A stretch of DNA of 64,000 nt from an uncultured Pseudanabaenaceae cyanobacterium (GCA_938017515.1 CALIJJ010000060.1:18633-82632), one strand, 5' to 3'; positions 1 through 9,800 are shown, counted from the first letter of the stretch. A program made the numbers and translations. Notes: generated by a model from the letters alone, not told the origin.

Positions 1-126
1 GGCTCCGCCAACTTGAGCAAAGGTCTGTCCTACCCCCACCACCATCCCCGCTTTGACTTTGATGAGATGGCGCTGGGCATGGGCGTGGAGATGTTTGCCC
101 GCTGTGTCGAAAAATTCTGCCAGTGA
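1..126 (+). CDS. 3-prime end of an unidentified protein-coding gene (partial, starts upstream of window)
   Basis: Frame 1 is open from base 1 to TGA at 124-126 (GSANLSKGLSYPHHHPRFDFDEMALGMGVEMFARCVEKFCQ*). Third positions are strongly G/C biased, like neighbouring genes. Family not recognised. Confidence 0.4.
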   Translation, partial: GSANLSKGLSYPHHHPRFDFDEMALGMGVEMFARCVEKFCQ

Positions 127-346
127 CCCTTGCCCTGTGACCGTCTGCCAGTCGTTACATTCGGGACAGACATTCGGGATAGGGGAACAAAGTCATCGGT
201 CCTATGGGACCATGCCATCTTGCTGATCCATTTGTCATTATCGAGAGAGTTGTTCTTGATCGAGCTGTTCCCAGTGAAATCACGCAGCTTGTAAAATGAC
301 ACAGCTTTTGCGATAACCCCGTATTCCCCCTATCCCCTGCCCCCGC

Positions 347-3337
347 ATGGTGCGTCTAAAAGATTCCGTCGATACCCTTGTCAGCCTGGGGCTACCTGCC
401 TCGGGGGCAGGGGTGACGCTTCATTTCTTGTTGGGGGGACAGGTTGGACCGGCGGTGGTTTCGGGGATTACGACGGTGGGGGTGGCAGTGCTGACCCTGG
501 GCCGTCGCTTTGGCAAGCGGGTTTGGGCCAGGCTGGGCGATCGCGTCGATGAGCAAGCCGACAGTTTCGCGGACTGGCTGTTTGACCAGAGCAAACGCTG
601 GGGCAAGCGGACCTGGTGGATGCTCTCGGGCAACTTCCGCGAGAAATACAATCGCAGCTTGATCTATCGCTACCGCGACTACCAAACCCAGGGACTCACG
701 ACCCGAGGCCCCTTTGCCCTCGATTTGGAGAAGCTTTTTGTTCCCCTACGCCTGCGGCCCGAGAGCATTGGACAAATTTCAGGGGATTTGGTCGGTCGCC
801 CTGATGCTGGGGGCAGCTGGAATATTTGGCAGTTTCTGGTTGCCCTCAAAACCCAGAGTGCCTTCGATCGCCTGGTGATTCTCGGCGGTCCGGGCTCCGG
901 TAAAACGACGTTGCTGGAGCATGTGGCCCTGATCTTCGCCAAGGGCACCCACAAACGCTATTCTCGCCAGCTCCAGAGCTACGTACCGGTGCTGATCTGT
1001 TTGCGGGAAGTGCGAGATTTGATCACGGCGGATAAACCGGCTTCCCTACAGTCGTTGATTGAGCAACAGCTCCAGATTGATGGCATTACGCCACCCCCCA
1101 ACTGGTTTCAGGAAATGCTCCAGCAGGGCAAGTGCCTGATCATGATCGATGGACTGGATGAGGTCTCCAGCCTGAAGCAGCGCCGTAAGGTGAGCCAGTG
1201 GGTCACACAACAAATGCGGCTCCACCGTGAGAATCCGTTTATTATTACCTCCCGCCCGTTTGGCTATCGCGATGCACCGCTAGAGGGGGCGACAACCCTA
1301 GATATCAAGCCGTTTAACCTGTCCCAGATGCAGCAGTTTATCCGCAGTTGGTATCTGCAAACGGAAACGGTGCGCCATCTGGGCAAGGCCGATCGTGGCG
1401 TGAAGAAAACAGCCCAAACCCAGTCCGAAGATCTCATCCGCCGCATCCAAAATAATCCGTCCCTGGCAGCCATGGCGCTGAATCCGCTGCTGCTGACGAT
1501 GATTGCCACGGTTCACGCCTATCGAGGCGCTTTGCCGGGAAAACGGGTGGAGCTGTATAGCGAAATTTGTGATGTGCTGTTGGGCCGTCGCCAGGATATG
1601 AAGGGGATTCCCGATATTCTGACGGCGGATCAGAAAAAGAAAGTTCTCCAAACGTTGGCCTTCAAGTTAATGAAGCGGCGCACCCGCACGTTTCGGCTGT
1701 TTGCAGGCAAGGTGTTGATTGAGAAACAGTTGGCTGAGGTGGCCAAGGGCGAGATTTCCGCGGAAGAATTCATCCAGCACATTGAGCAAACCAGTGGTCT
1801 CTTGGTAGAGCGCCATCCCGGTGTGTATGAATTTGCCCATAAGAGTTTGCAGGAGTATCTGGCGGCGGTGCAGGTGCGCGTGCTGAACCGGGAGTATGAG
1901 CTGACGCGCAATATTGATGACCCATGGTGGGAGGAAACGATTCGACTCTATGCGGCCCAAAATGATTCCAGCAATTTGATTTGGGCGGCACTCCAGCAGA
2001 ATTCGGTCAAAGCCCTGTCCGTGGCCTATGACTGTTTGGAGGAAGCGGAAAGTGTCAGCAAGGACGTACGCAATGATCTGGAAGGACGCCTCGGTGCGGG
2101 GCTCGAATCATCGAAGCCAGAGATCTTTAAGTTGGCAGCGGAGGTAAAGCTAGAGCGGCGGCTCAAGCGCTTGCTGCGTTTGGATGAGAAGACGGACATT
2201 GATTTGACCTATATCTCCTGTGCGGAGTACCAGCTCTTTCTCGATGAGTTGGCCGAGGAGGCCAAAACAGGTGCGTTTCCGAACCAGCAGTTTCGCCAGC
2301 CGGACCACTGGAAGGAGCACCGCTTTCCCCATGGGTCTGCCAAGGCGGCGATCGCTGGTCTCCGAGCCAGTGATGCCCAGGCCTTTTGTGATTGGCTCAC
2401 CCAGCGGATCAATAGCCTGGGCTCGATCTACCTGGAAGCAGGGGTGACGGTTGTTGCGGGTCCCGTCAGAGTCCGTCTACCGTCTGCCCAGGAGTTGCGA
2501 GATCATCCGGTTTCATCGCCCCATGCCGACAAGCTCAGCAGTTGGTACAACAATTCTTCTGGCGCAACCAGGACGGTTGATCTCACCAGGACTGGTGATC
2601 GGATGGCTGTGGAACTGATGGTTGAGCAGCCACCTGCCATTCGAGTCCCGGGAGCAACGGAAGAGGACGAAGGAGGCCCAGATGAGACGCGCTTTGGTCG
2701 CAAGTCCAAACGACATTCTCCCTTGGCGGCCCAGCTTATTGAGCAGATCGTCCAGGATACGAGCCTAATTTTTGACCCCATCTTGCGTCATGTGCTGACG
2801 CTGAATAATGTTCTCATTTACGATTCTGTCGATGATGTTTTGTCCCAGGCATTGGATGTGCAGAAGGACCCCTTGCGAACCCTAGAGCGGGATACAGCCC
2901 TGAGCAATGTGCGAGGACTGGCGCTTTCGGGCCGCGATGGAGCGGAGCTGAGCCGCGATCGTGACCTCATCCTGCGTTTAGCGGAGGAGTGGGGCAAAGA
3001 GGTGGAGCAAAAGGCGATCGCTGCCCTTAACCGAAATCCTAAGTTGCATCAAAAACTATCGGGGAATAAGCCCCTGCTTCCTGCTCCAGAAATTTTAATG
3101 GTCTGTGCGTTCTGGCGCATGCTGGCAGAATTCTATGACACTCTGTCGAAGAAGCGGCGGTTGGTGCGCCAGAATGCGATTATTCCAGAGGACTGTAAGC
3201 GTTGGCGGCGTCAGTATCTCGACCACTGCGAGGATGTGCTGCGATTTTATGTGTTTTTGGCGTTGAAGGACGAGCGCCGCTTGGGTCGGGCGGAGGCTTG
3301 GGAGAGCTTGCGGATTGTGCGCGCCACTCGCTCCTAG
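347..3337 (+). CDS. NACHT-family STAND NTPase (bacterial NLR-like) with hydrophobic N-terminus and FGE-sulfatase-like fragment
   Basis: 996 aa ORF. Walker A GGPGSGKTTLLEH (nt 884-907), Walker B CLIMIDGLDEV, and the FIITSRPFGY motif typical of NACHT. Residues 12-52 are hydrophobic. Residues 621-720 (YQLFLDE, AQAFCDWL, VRLPSAQEL) resemble the N-terminal half of the FGE-sulfatase fold. Confidence 0.85.
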   Translation: MVRLKDSVDTLVSLGLPASGAGVTLHFLLGGQVGPAVVSGITTVGVAVLTLGRRFGKRVWARLGDRVDEQADSFADWLFDQSKRWGKRTWWMLSGNFREKYNRSLIYRYRDYQTQGLTTRGPFALDLEKLFVPLRLRPESIGQISGDLVGRPDAGGSWNIWQFLVALKTQSAFDRLVILGGPGSGKTTLLEHVALIFAKGTHKRYSRQLQSYVPVLICLREVRDLITADKPASLQSLIEQQLQIDGITPPPNWFQEMLQQGKCLIMIDGLDEVSSLKQRRKVSQWVTQQMRLHRENPFIITSRPFGYRDAPLEGATTLDIKPFNLSQMQQFIRSWYLQTETVRHLGKADRGVKKTAQTQSEDLIRRIQNNPSLAAMALNPLLLTMIATVHAYRGALPGKRVELYSEICDVLLGRRQDMKGIPDILTADQKKKVLQTLAFKLMKRRTRTFRLFAGKVLIEKQLAEVAKGEISAEEFIQHIEQTSGLLVERHPGVYEFAHKSLQEYLAAVQVRVLNREYELTRNIDDPWWEETIRLYAAQNDSSNLIWAALQQNSVKALSVAYDCLEEAESVSKDVRNDLEGRLGAGLESSKPEIFKLAAEVKLERRLKRLLRLDEKTDIDLTYISCAEYQLFLDELAEEAKTGAFPNQQFRQPDHWKEHRFPHGSAKAAIAGLRASDAQAFCDWLTQRINSLGSIYLEAGVTVVAGPVRVRLPSAQELRDHPVSSPHADKLSSWYNNSSGATRTVDLTRTGDRMAVELMVEQPPAIRVPGATEEDEGGPDETRFGRKSKRHSPLAAQLIEQIVQDTSLIFDPILRHVLTLNNVLIYDSVDDVLSQALDVQKDPLRTLERDTALSNVRGLALSGRDGAELSRDRDLILRLAEEWGKEVEQKAIAALNRNPKLHQKLSGNKPLLPAPEILMVCAFWRMLAEFYDTLSKKRRLVRQNAIIPEDCKRWRRQYLDHCEDVLRFYVFLALKDERRLGRAEAWESLRIVRATRS

Positions 3338-3364
3338 CATGATTGCTCTTATGTGATAGGAGCG

Positions 3365-3403
3365 GGGCGGAGAATGATGCCTGTCTCCGCCCTGGGTTGT
3401 TTT
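3365..3403 (+). terminator. putative intrinsic terminator after the NACHT gene
   Basis: GGGCGGAGA (3365-3373) pairs with TCTCCGCCC (3384-3392), followed by TGGGTTGTTTT. Confidence 0.5.
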
Positions 3404-3433
3404 GAATGCCAGAATTCTCCTGTCCCAGGGGGA

Positions 3434-4039
3434 TTAGCGCTGGGAATTTTGAGCCGCATAGGCCAGATTTTTCTCGTACTCGCTGACCTTGGTTTGGGCG
3501 ACTTCAAATTGAGGGTGCTCTGCTGGAACCGATGCCATCATGGCGATCGCACGCTCCCAGTTGTCTGCTACCTCAGTCCAGTCCGCCGAAGACTGAGCCG
3601 TCTGTGTTAGTTCTGCCGCCGCCATTGCAGAACTGACACCTGCATAGAAAGGCTCCGGCGCTTCTGCTGTGGTGGGCACTATCGCTGTCTGGCTGTCTGG
3701 CTCAAAGGCTGTTTCCTCCCAAGTCTCCGCGTAGAAGGCATCCTGTTGGGCGAGTCGGGCGCGATCCGCCTGCTGGAGCAGAGCCGGTAAGGTAAGGCTC
3801 ATGCCGATAGCGCTGAGAAAAGCTGCGACGACACCACCCACGTTGTAGAGGAATGAGCGGCGAACCCACTTCCGGTGCCAAAACTTGATGGAGAATGCCA
3901 AGGCCGCAAATGGTAGGAGTAATACGAGAAATCCCCAGCCAATGCTTTCTTGAAACGCCAGCACAATGTTGGTAATGCCAAAAATAATCGACAGTAAGAG
4001 CCCTACAACAAAAAGCAGGATAAACGGAATGGCAGCCAT
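3434..4039 (-). CDS. hypothetical membrane protein (about 3 N-terminal TM helices, soluble C-terminal domain)
   Basis: 201 aa ORF. The N-terminal half is hydrophobic (AAIPFILLFVVGLLLSIIFGI, GWGFLVLLLPFAALAF, VGGVVAAFLSAIGMSL). No overlapping better ORF. Family not recognised. Confidence 0.6.
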   Translation of the reverse strand: MAAIPFILLFVVGLLLSIIFGITNIVLAFQESIGWGFLVLLLPFAALAFSIKFWHRKWVRRSFLYNVGGVVAAFLSAIGMSLTLPALLQQADRARLAQQDAFYAETWEETAFEPDSQTAIVPTTAEAPEPFYAGVSSAMAAAELTQTAQSSADWTEVADNWERAIAMMASVPAEHPQFEVAQTKVSEYEKNLAYAAQNSQR

Positions 4040-4100
4040 GGTAGCCCCTAAAACTCAATTATCGCTAGGATTCCCATTCGTCGATTCAGAGTTGCTGGGC

Positions 4101-4147
4101 GCAAAAACAAACCCTGCCTCAACACTGGGGGCAGGGTTTGTTTTTGC
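4101..4147 (-). terminator. 18-bp perfect hairpin, probable (bidirectional) terminator
   Basis: GCAAAAACAAACCCTGCC (4101-4118) and GGCAGGGTTTGTTTTTGC (4130-4147) are exact reverse complements with an 11-nt loop. It lies 65 nt downstream of the 4212 stop. The U-rich tract is inside and after the 3-prime arm. Confidence 0.5.
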
Positions 4148-4211
4148 TCAAAAGGGAGAATCAAGCAGTCAGAAAAGATGAACCGTTAGGAACGCCTACT
4201 GTTAGGAACGC

Positions 4212-4388
4212 CTAATCGTCAGGGAAGGTTTGTTCAAACTCATCCAGTAAATCATCCACTTCTTCCAAAGCTTGATTGACGTCGATGCGTAGCGTGCCCA
4301 AGTTTGGCTGATCCAGTAGTTTGACGAGAGCTTCTCGCTTGTCCTTGATTAGGGCAACTTTGTCTCGAATTGCTTGTTCAGATGACAT
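4212..4388 (-). CDS. small acidic helical hypothetical protein (58 aa)
   Basis: The internal ATG at 4388 of track ORF 4212..4604 gives MSSEQAIRDKVALIKDKREALVKLLDQPNLGTLRIDVNQALEEVDDLLDEFEQTFPDD. The longer form would overlap the pentapeptide gene by 130 nt. A hairpin terminator lies downstream. Confidence 0.45.
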   Translation of the reverse strand: MSSEQAIRDKVALIKDKREALVKLLDQPNLGTLRIDVNQALEEVDDLLDEFEQTFPDD

Positions 4389-4473
4389 CGTGGGCGCTCG
4401 TAAAATGTAAGTTAATGAGGATAGTTCCATGCTAGTCGATTTCGGTTTATCAGGGAGCACAACTCCCTGACCG

Positions 4474-5910
4474 CTAGCGCCCGAGCTGGTTCTTGATGTC
4501 ACGACAACCACCGGGAATGGTTGCCCGTGACTTTTCGCCGCACCAGGCACAGCAATACTGTCGCTGTTCCTCAGACATGCGTTGCACATTGGTAAAGTCC
4601 ACATCCTCCACCACCGTCCCCGTACGCTCTCCCGTGGTGTAATTGGGGGCTTCAGTGCGGCTGCGGGGGGAGGCTGTGTCCACAGGTCCGTAGTGGAGTC
4701 GGACTCCCATGATGTCGGCGCTATTGAGGTTGGCGCCGTAGAGAATGGTCCGCGACAAATTGGACTTGACCAGGTCCGCGCCGCGCAGGTCGCAGTAGAT
4801 GAGATTCGCCTCGCTCAGATCGATCCAGCGCAAATCGGTGCGGGAGAGGGTGGCCTTGGCCAACATGACTCCGATATCAATGACGCGTACGCCAGCAATG
4901 CGATCTTCTTCGTAACCCCCCTTGCCATCGAGAATGGCACGACCCAGGTGGCCATCGCGCTTGAGCGGGGTCAGTAGCTTGGAGCGAGCCAAAAAGCGAA
5001 TGACTTTGGCTTTACCGTCGGCGTTGACACTGCTGAGGATGGCGGCGGTGCGGCCCTCGGCGATCGCCCGTTCCTGGGGCCAATCCTCCAACAGACCTTC
5101 CTCATCCAGCACCAAATCCGAAATGCCCTGGAAATAGGCATCGATGGTTTGCTGCTGGGTAATCATGTTCTGCTGAATGGTCAGCTGGTTTTGCTGCTCC
5201 GTCAGAATCTTGGAAATGATGTATTGCCGCCAGGCGATGTACACCGCCAGAACCGCGATGAAAATCTGGCCCACAGCGCCGAGCGTATCACCGACGGCAC
5301 CGACGGCATCCCAATTGACTCCTGTGCGCAGGAAGCGAATGGTTTCGTCGCCAAAACCGGTGAACTGGACCGTTGCTGCGATCGATATCCCAATGCCTAG
5401 GAACGCAATAAACGGCGCCCCCCACTTATCCACCAGCAGCTCTTTGCTGATATCTCGGAGCTCTGGCCAGATCAGTCGGATTGACATCACCAGCGCCATA
5501 ACGGCACCCACCCAGCCCAACCAAGGCAAGCGCAGAATCATGCCCACCAGCGTGAGCACAATGGCAATGAGGATCAGAGGGGTCAGATTGGGCCGAGCTT
5601 CAACGGCATCTCGGCGTTGCCGAAGGACTTCCTCCAGCATGGATTCCGTCGCCATTTGCAGATTGCCCTGGTAACCCAAGGTTTGGGTATGGCGAATGTC
5701 GCTGATATCGGCCCAGCCCTGGCTAAAGCTTTCGGGGTTATAGGGTTCGGGATTATAGCCGCCGTTGCCATAGCCTGGACTGTTGCCCGCACTGGACAAG
5801 CCAGGACGGGTTGTATTCGAATCCGGGCCGCTACTGGAGCTGTTATTCGTCGGCGAATTAAGAGGACCGTTTTGCATAGGGAGCGCGCTCGAAAAGGGGC
5901 GGTATGGCAA
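4474..5910 (-). CDS. membrane-anchored pentapeptide-repeat protein
   Basis: 478 aa. The N-terminus is low-complexity (Asn/Ser/Pro/Gly). Several TM segments follow (LILIAIVLTLVGMILRL, GAVMALVMSIRLIW, FIAFLGIGISIAATV, IFIAVLAVYIAW). The C-terminus has classic A(D/N)LXX repeats (TDLRWIDLSEANLIYCDLRGADLVKSNLSRTILYGANLNSADIMG). The true start may be an internal Met. Confidence 0.8.
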   Translation of the reverse strand: MPYRPFSSALPMQNGPLNSPTNNSSSSGPDSNTTRPGLSSAGNSPGYGNGGYNPEPYNPESFSQGWADISDIRHTQTLGYQGNLQMATESMLEEVLRQRRDAVEARPNLTPLILIAIVLTLVGMILRLPWLGWVGAVMALVMSIRLIWPELRDISKELLVDKWGAPFIAFLGIGISIAATVQFTGFGDETIRFLRTGVNWDAVGAVGDTLGAVGQIFIAVLAVYIAWRQYIISKILTEQQNQLTIQQNMITQQQTIDAYFQGISDLVLDEEGLLEDWPQERAIAEGRTAAILSSVNADGKAKVIRFLARSKLLTPLKRDGHLGRAILDGKGGYEEDRIAGVRVIDIGVMLAKATLSRTDLRWIDLSEANLIYCDLRGADLVKSNLSRTILYGANLNSADIMGVRLHYGPVDTASPRSRTEAPNYTTGERTGTVVEDVDFTNVQRMSEEQRQYCCAWCGEKSRATIPGGCRDIKNQLGR

Positions 5911-5954
5911 GCGGTAACATCAAGGGATATTTGATTATGGACAGGCGCTCCCCT

Positions 5955-6002
5955 AAAGGCAAACAGAAAGGCAAACGGAAAAGCAAACAGAAGGACAAAC
6001 AA
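5955..6002. repeat. four tandem 12-nt A-rich repeats
   Basis: AAAGGCAAACAG / AAAGGCAAACGG / AAAAGCAAACAG / AAGGACAAACAA occupy 5955-6002, which is 45-92 nt upstream of the pentapeptide-protein start (5910, minus strand). Confidence 0.8.
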
Positions 6003-6178
6003 AAACCGCGCCCTCTGTGTGGTTAGACACTGGGACGCGGCGAATCGTTGAGATTTAAACAGGAGATAGGAGATGCAAATAAAACGTTCGGTAGAAAAGA
6101 CGCACCCGGGAGTGCAGATAGGGGGTAGGGAATAAAACGGTCGGTATAATAGCTGTGACCCGGCGACGGCGGAGAAGC

Positions 6179-6574
6179 TTACATGGCCAGGGGGAGGTCC
6201 TCGGGGGGCTCACCCACGAGTTCCAAGGTGGGAACCAAGAAATTGTCACCGTTGGGCTTTTCGATGGACGGTGGCACAATGCTGAGGTCCACAGGACTCA
6301 TGTCTAACTGGCTCAGGTCCAGATTCAGCATCGGAGGCAGCTCTTCTTCTAGCTCATTGGCCAGGGCATTGACGCTGTCGTTGGAGAGACTATTGACCAA
6401 GCTGAGGGGAGTCGCTTCGGTCGGCATTGTGGGGGCAACCTGAACCGTCGCAGCACGCTCGGTGGTCCACTGCATGATCTTGAGGCATTCCTGCAGGTCC
6501 AGGACTGGAATGATTTGGGAAATCGCTTCCATTGCGGTCTGAACTTCCTGTTCGGTGAGTTGATCCAGTGCCAT
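6179..6574 (-). CDS. hypothetical acidic protein (131 aa)
   Basis: An internal ATG at 6574 is preceded by AAGGAG about 10 nt upstream on the minus strand. Product MALDQLTEQEVQTAMEAISQIIPVLDLQECLKIMQW... The longer track ORF (to 6772) has an unlikely Trp/Gly/Pro-rich extension. Confidence 0.5.
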   Translation of the reverse strand: MALDQLTEQEVQTAMEAISQIIPVLDLQECLKIMQWTTERAATVQVAPTMPTEATPLSLVNSLSNDSVNALANELEEELPPMLNLDLSQLDMSPVDLSIVPPSIEKPNGDNFLVPTLELVGEPPEDLPLAM

Positions 6575-6868
6575 GGGGGTGGGGCTCCTTGGTCTGTAAT
6601 GTGGGGGCTGTAAAAAGGTCGTGGTGGCGTAGGGCGAGCTCCGGGTTGGGCCTGCCTTTATGCGGTTCACAGTTATGACTATCGTCGGAGCCACGGCGAT
6701 CGCCCAGGGGGCAAAAAGGGTCAAAGGTCTGAGGGGAGATGCCCCCCAAATGCCTCCCCAACCTGATGCCAAGCTGAATCGGCGGCGATCGACGACTCAG
6801 GATTAGGCATGATCTTGGCGCTGGAAACCCTTGTTTGCGCCATGATTGGTGCCATCAGGAAGGTGACT

Positions 6869-9800
6869 TCAGCGCTCCTCCAGGAGCCGGAGCAAAATCT
6901 CATACTGAAAGTCATTGATAAGGCGGTTGAGGCTTTCCCGAAGGCTGCTCTGATCGCTGGGAAGGTCTTCTAGGAGTACCAAGAGGCGATCCTGATCGGC
7001 GCCCAGCGCCGCTTGTTGCAGGGCGTGACACCAGTCCTGGGGCAAGGGGGTAAAGTTGGCCGGGCTCAAACCCATTTGTTGCTTCGGTTGACTCGTGTTG
7101 TGGCCAGACGTCCGGCTCCCATCCTGAGCCTCGTGTGACGGTTGCGCCTGGCCATTGTGCTGGCTCTGCTCGTCATAGATGAACTGAATATCCAGATGCT
7201 TGATCAACTTCGTGATCACCTCATTCTCTCGATAAGGCTTGGGGAGGAAGTCATCACATCCCACGATATTGGCATGGGTTTGATCCTCTTGAAAGGCATT
7301 GGCACTCAAAGTAATGATAATCGGCCAGAGATCGCGGGCTCGGATTTGGCGCATGACTTCCCAGCCGTCCATCTTGGGCATATTCAAGTCCATCCAAATT
7401 AAATCCGGTTCCTGCTGACAGGTTTTCTCCAAGGCCTCTTTGCCGTCCCGGGCTTCTTCGATGTTGGTCAGACCAATGGCTTTTAGGAATAGGACTAGGG
7501 ATTCACGACTGTCTTGATGATCGTCGACCACGAGTATTTTGGGCTGGGGTTGGTCAGGCATCATGCCCAAGACCCTTTGGTTTTTCACAGACTGAGGCTG
7601 CTGCATCGTTGTGGCATCTACCGTGCCTGCTTGAATGGTTACGGTAAAGGTGGACCCGCGTCCCAATTCACTGCTGACCAGCAAATGGCCATCCATAATC
7701 TGAGCAAATTGACGACTGATGGGGAGTCCGAGGCCCGTCCCCTGGGAGAACTTATGACCATTCCGGGCTTGTTCAAAGGCCTGAAAAATTTGCTCCAACT
7801 CTGTTGGAGCAATGCCGACACCGGTGTCAATCACCTGAAACTGTAGATGTCTGATCTCTGTGTTTCCTAAGCGTTCATCGGCATGTGGGGAGGGGAGAAC
7901 GTGAGCCTTGAGGGTCACCGAGCCGGTTTGGGTAAATTTGATAGCATTACCGACCAGGTTGAGCAGAATTTGGCGCAGCTTACGTTCATCTGTATAGATG
8001 TATTCCGGTAGCTCGGGCTGCATTTCATAGGTATAAGATAGGCCCTTATTTTGAGCCTTGAGCTGCAACATGCTGTGTAAACTATCCAGCAGTGCATGCA
8101 AATTAAAGGCCGAAGCATTGAGTTGTGCTTTTCCGACCTCGAGCTTTGAAAATTCGAGCACGTCGTTGATTAAGTCCAGAAGATGCTCACCGCTCTCACT
8201 AATGGTATTCAGTTGCTCGCGCTGTGTTTCGGAAAAGTTGGGTTGTCGTTGCAAGAGTTGGCTGAATCCTAGGATGGCGTTGAGCGGGGTACGTAATTCG
8301 TGGCTCATATGGGCCAAAAATTCGCTCTTGCCCTGGTTGGCCCCTTCGGCGGCTTCCTTGGCTTGTTGGAGTTCGATGTTGAGTTGTTCTAGGCTTTCGG
8401 TGGCTTGCTTTCGCTCTGTGATGTCATGGAACGTACTGAGAATGCCGACCACTTGCCCCTGGGGGTTATGCAATGGCACCTTGTTGGTTTCCAGCCAGGC
8501 TTTCTGCCCATCTGCCTGTTGTTGCGCCTCGACAATGCCGAGTTCGGCTTGATTGGACTCCATGACACGGCGATCGCATTCCTGAAAGAAATCGGCTTCC
8601 TCAGTTCTCCATGCCAGATCATAGTCAGTTTTGCCGTAGATCTGAGCCGGGGAATCTAGCCCAGCTAATTCCGCAAATTTCTGGTTGCAGCCTAGATACA
8701 CGGAGTCACGTCGTTTCCAAAATATATATTGAGGTAGCGTATCGATGACGACCCGTAATCGATTTTCCGATTCTTGCAGCTCACTTGTTCGTGCAGCAAC
8801 TAATTGTTCTAAGTCTGCTTTAATCCGTTCTAAAGTGTTCTCGGTCTCGAGCTGCTGGTGGATTTCCTGAGCCGTTTGCAGGGGCGGGGTCGTTCCGTTG
8901 GAGCCGGTATTTGCACTAAGGGGTGGCAAAACTGCATCCCTGGCCTGAGAGGATTGAGGATCGGCCAAGTGCATCACAGCCTTCTGTAATTGCTGGAGCT
9001 GAGCCATGGTTTGTTGATGCCGTTCCGAGGCGAGCTGCAAAGAGAGCAGGTTGCCCACGGACGTCATAAAACAGCGCTCTAACTCGCTCCATTTTTGGTC
9101 CGGATTACTATGTTCGCAGCGAATCATGCCGATCATTTGCCCTTCTAGATGGCAGCTGGTCCCTAGCATGGAGGTTCTCTGGGAAGTCAGCTCAGATTTC
9201 TGCTCGGTTGCGTTTCCCCGCAGATGCGACTGGGTGACTGAATTAAAACGGTGGGCGCAGGTGAGTTTGGGGGAGTGATTGGGGAAGGCTGGGTCGGAAT
9301 CACCCTCGAGTAACCAGATGCTTACCTCCTCTCCTCCGAGAACTTTAGCGCAGACCTCTGCAATGGTCTGGAGTTTCTCATCTAGATTACCCACTTCCCC
9401 AGCGGCCTGGGAGAGTTGATTAAATGCGGTGGTCTGTTGGTGGAGAGCGAGGCTGTGATAACTCAGATCCGCTTCTATTTGGCGAATCTTTTCCTGCAGC
9501 ACGTCTTGCTGGGACTTCCCTGCTGCGATCTGGCGTTGGAGAGTCTGGTCATGCAGGAGACTCGCTAACTGGCAGCATAGGAGCTGAATAATGGCCTGCT
9601 GAGGGATCGTAAACGCATTGACTAAGGTTCGATGCTCTAGATAGAGCACACCATAGCTTTGCCTTTGATGCATGAGCGGTAAGCAAAAAAGGCTTTTTGG
9701 AGGATGCTTGTCGGGGAAATACTGGGCAATATCTGGATAGGCGTCTAGCTCCCCATCGCTCGCACGGTTGCTCGCACGGTTACTCGCACTGTCGCTTGCA

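Noticed and set aside
30-302. 90-aa minus-strand ORF at the window start
   Set aside because: It overlaps the better-supported plus-strand partial CDS (1-126) by about 100 nt. Its composition is odd and it has no motif, so it is probably non-coding.
2207-3337. Diversity-generating retroelement targeting the FGE-sulfatase-like part of the NACHT protein
   Set aside because: The window has no reverse transcriptase ORF. I could find no template-repeat/variable-repeat pair with A-specific mismatches. It remains only a genome-wide check.
392-3340. Many 60-120 aa ORFs antisense to or out of frame with the NACHT gene (for example 392..685, 1298..1651, 2503..2781, 3095..3340)
   Set aside because: These are shadow ORFs typical of GC-rich coding DNA. 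They lie entirely inside a long ORF that has clear NACHT motifs.
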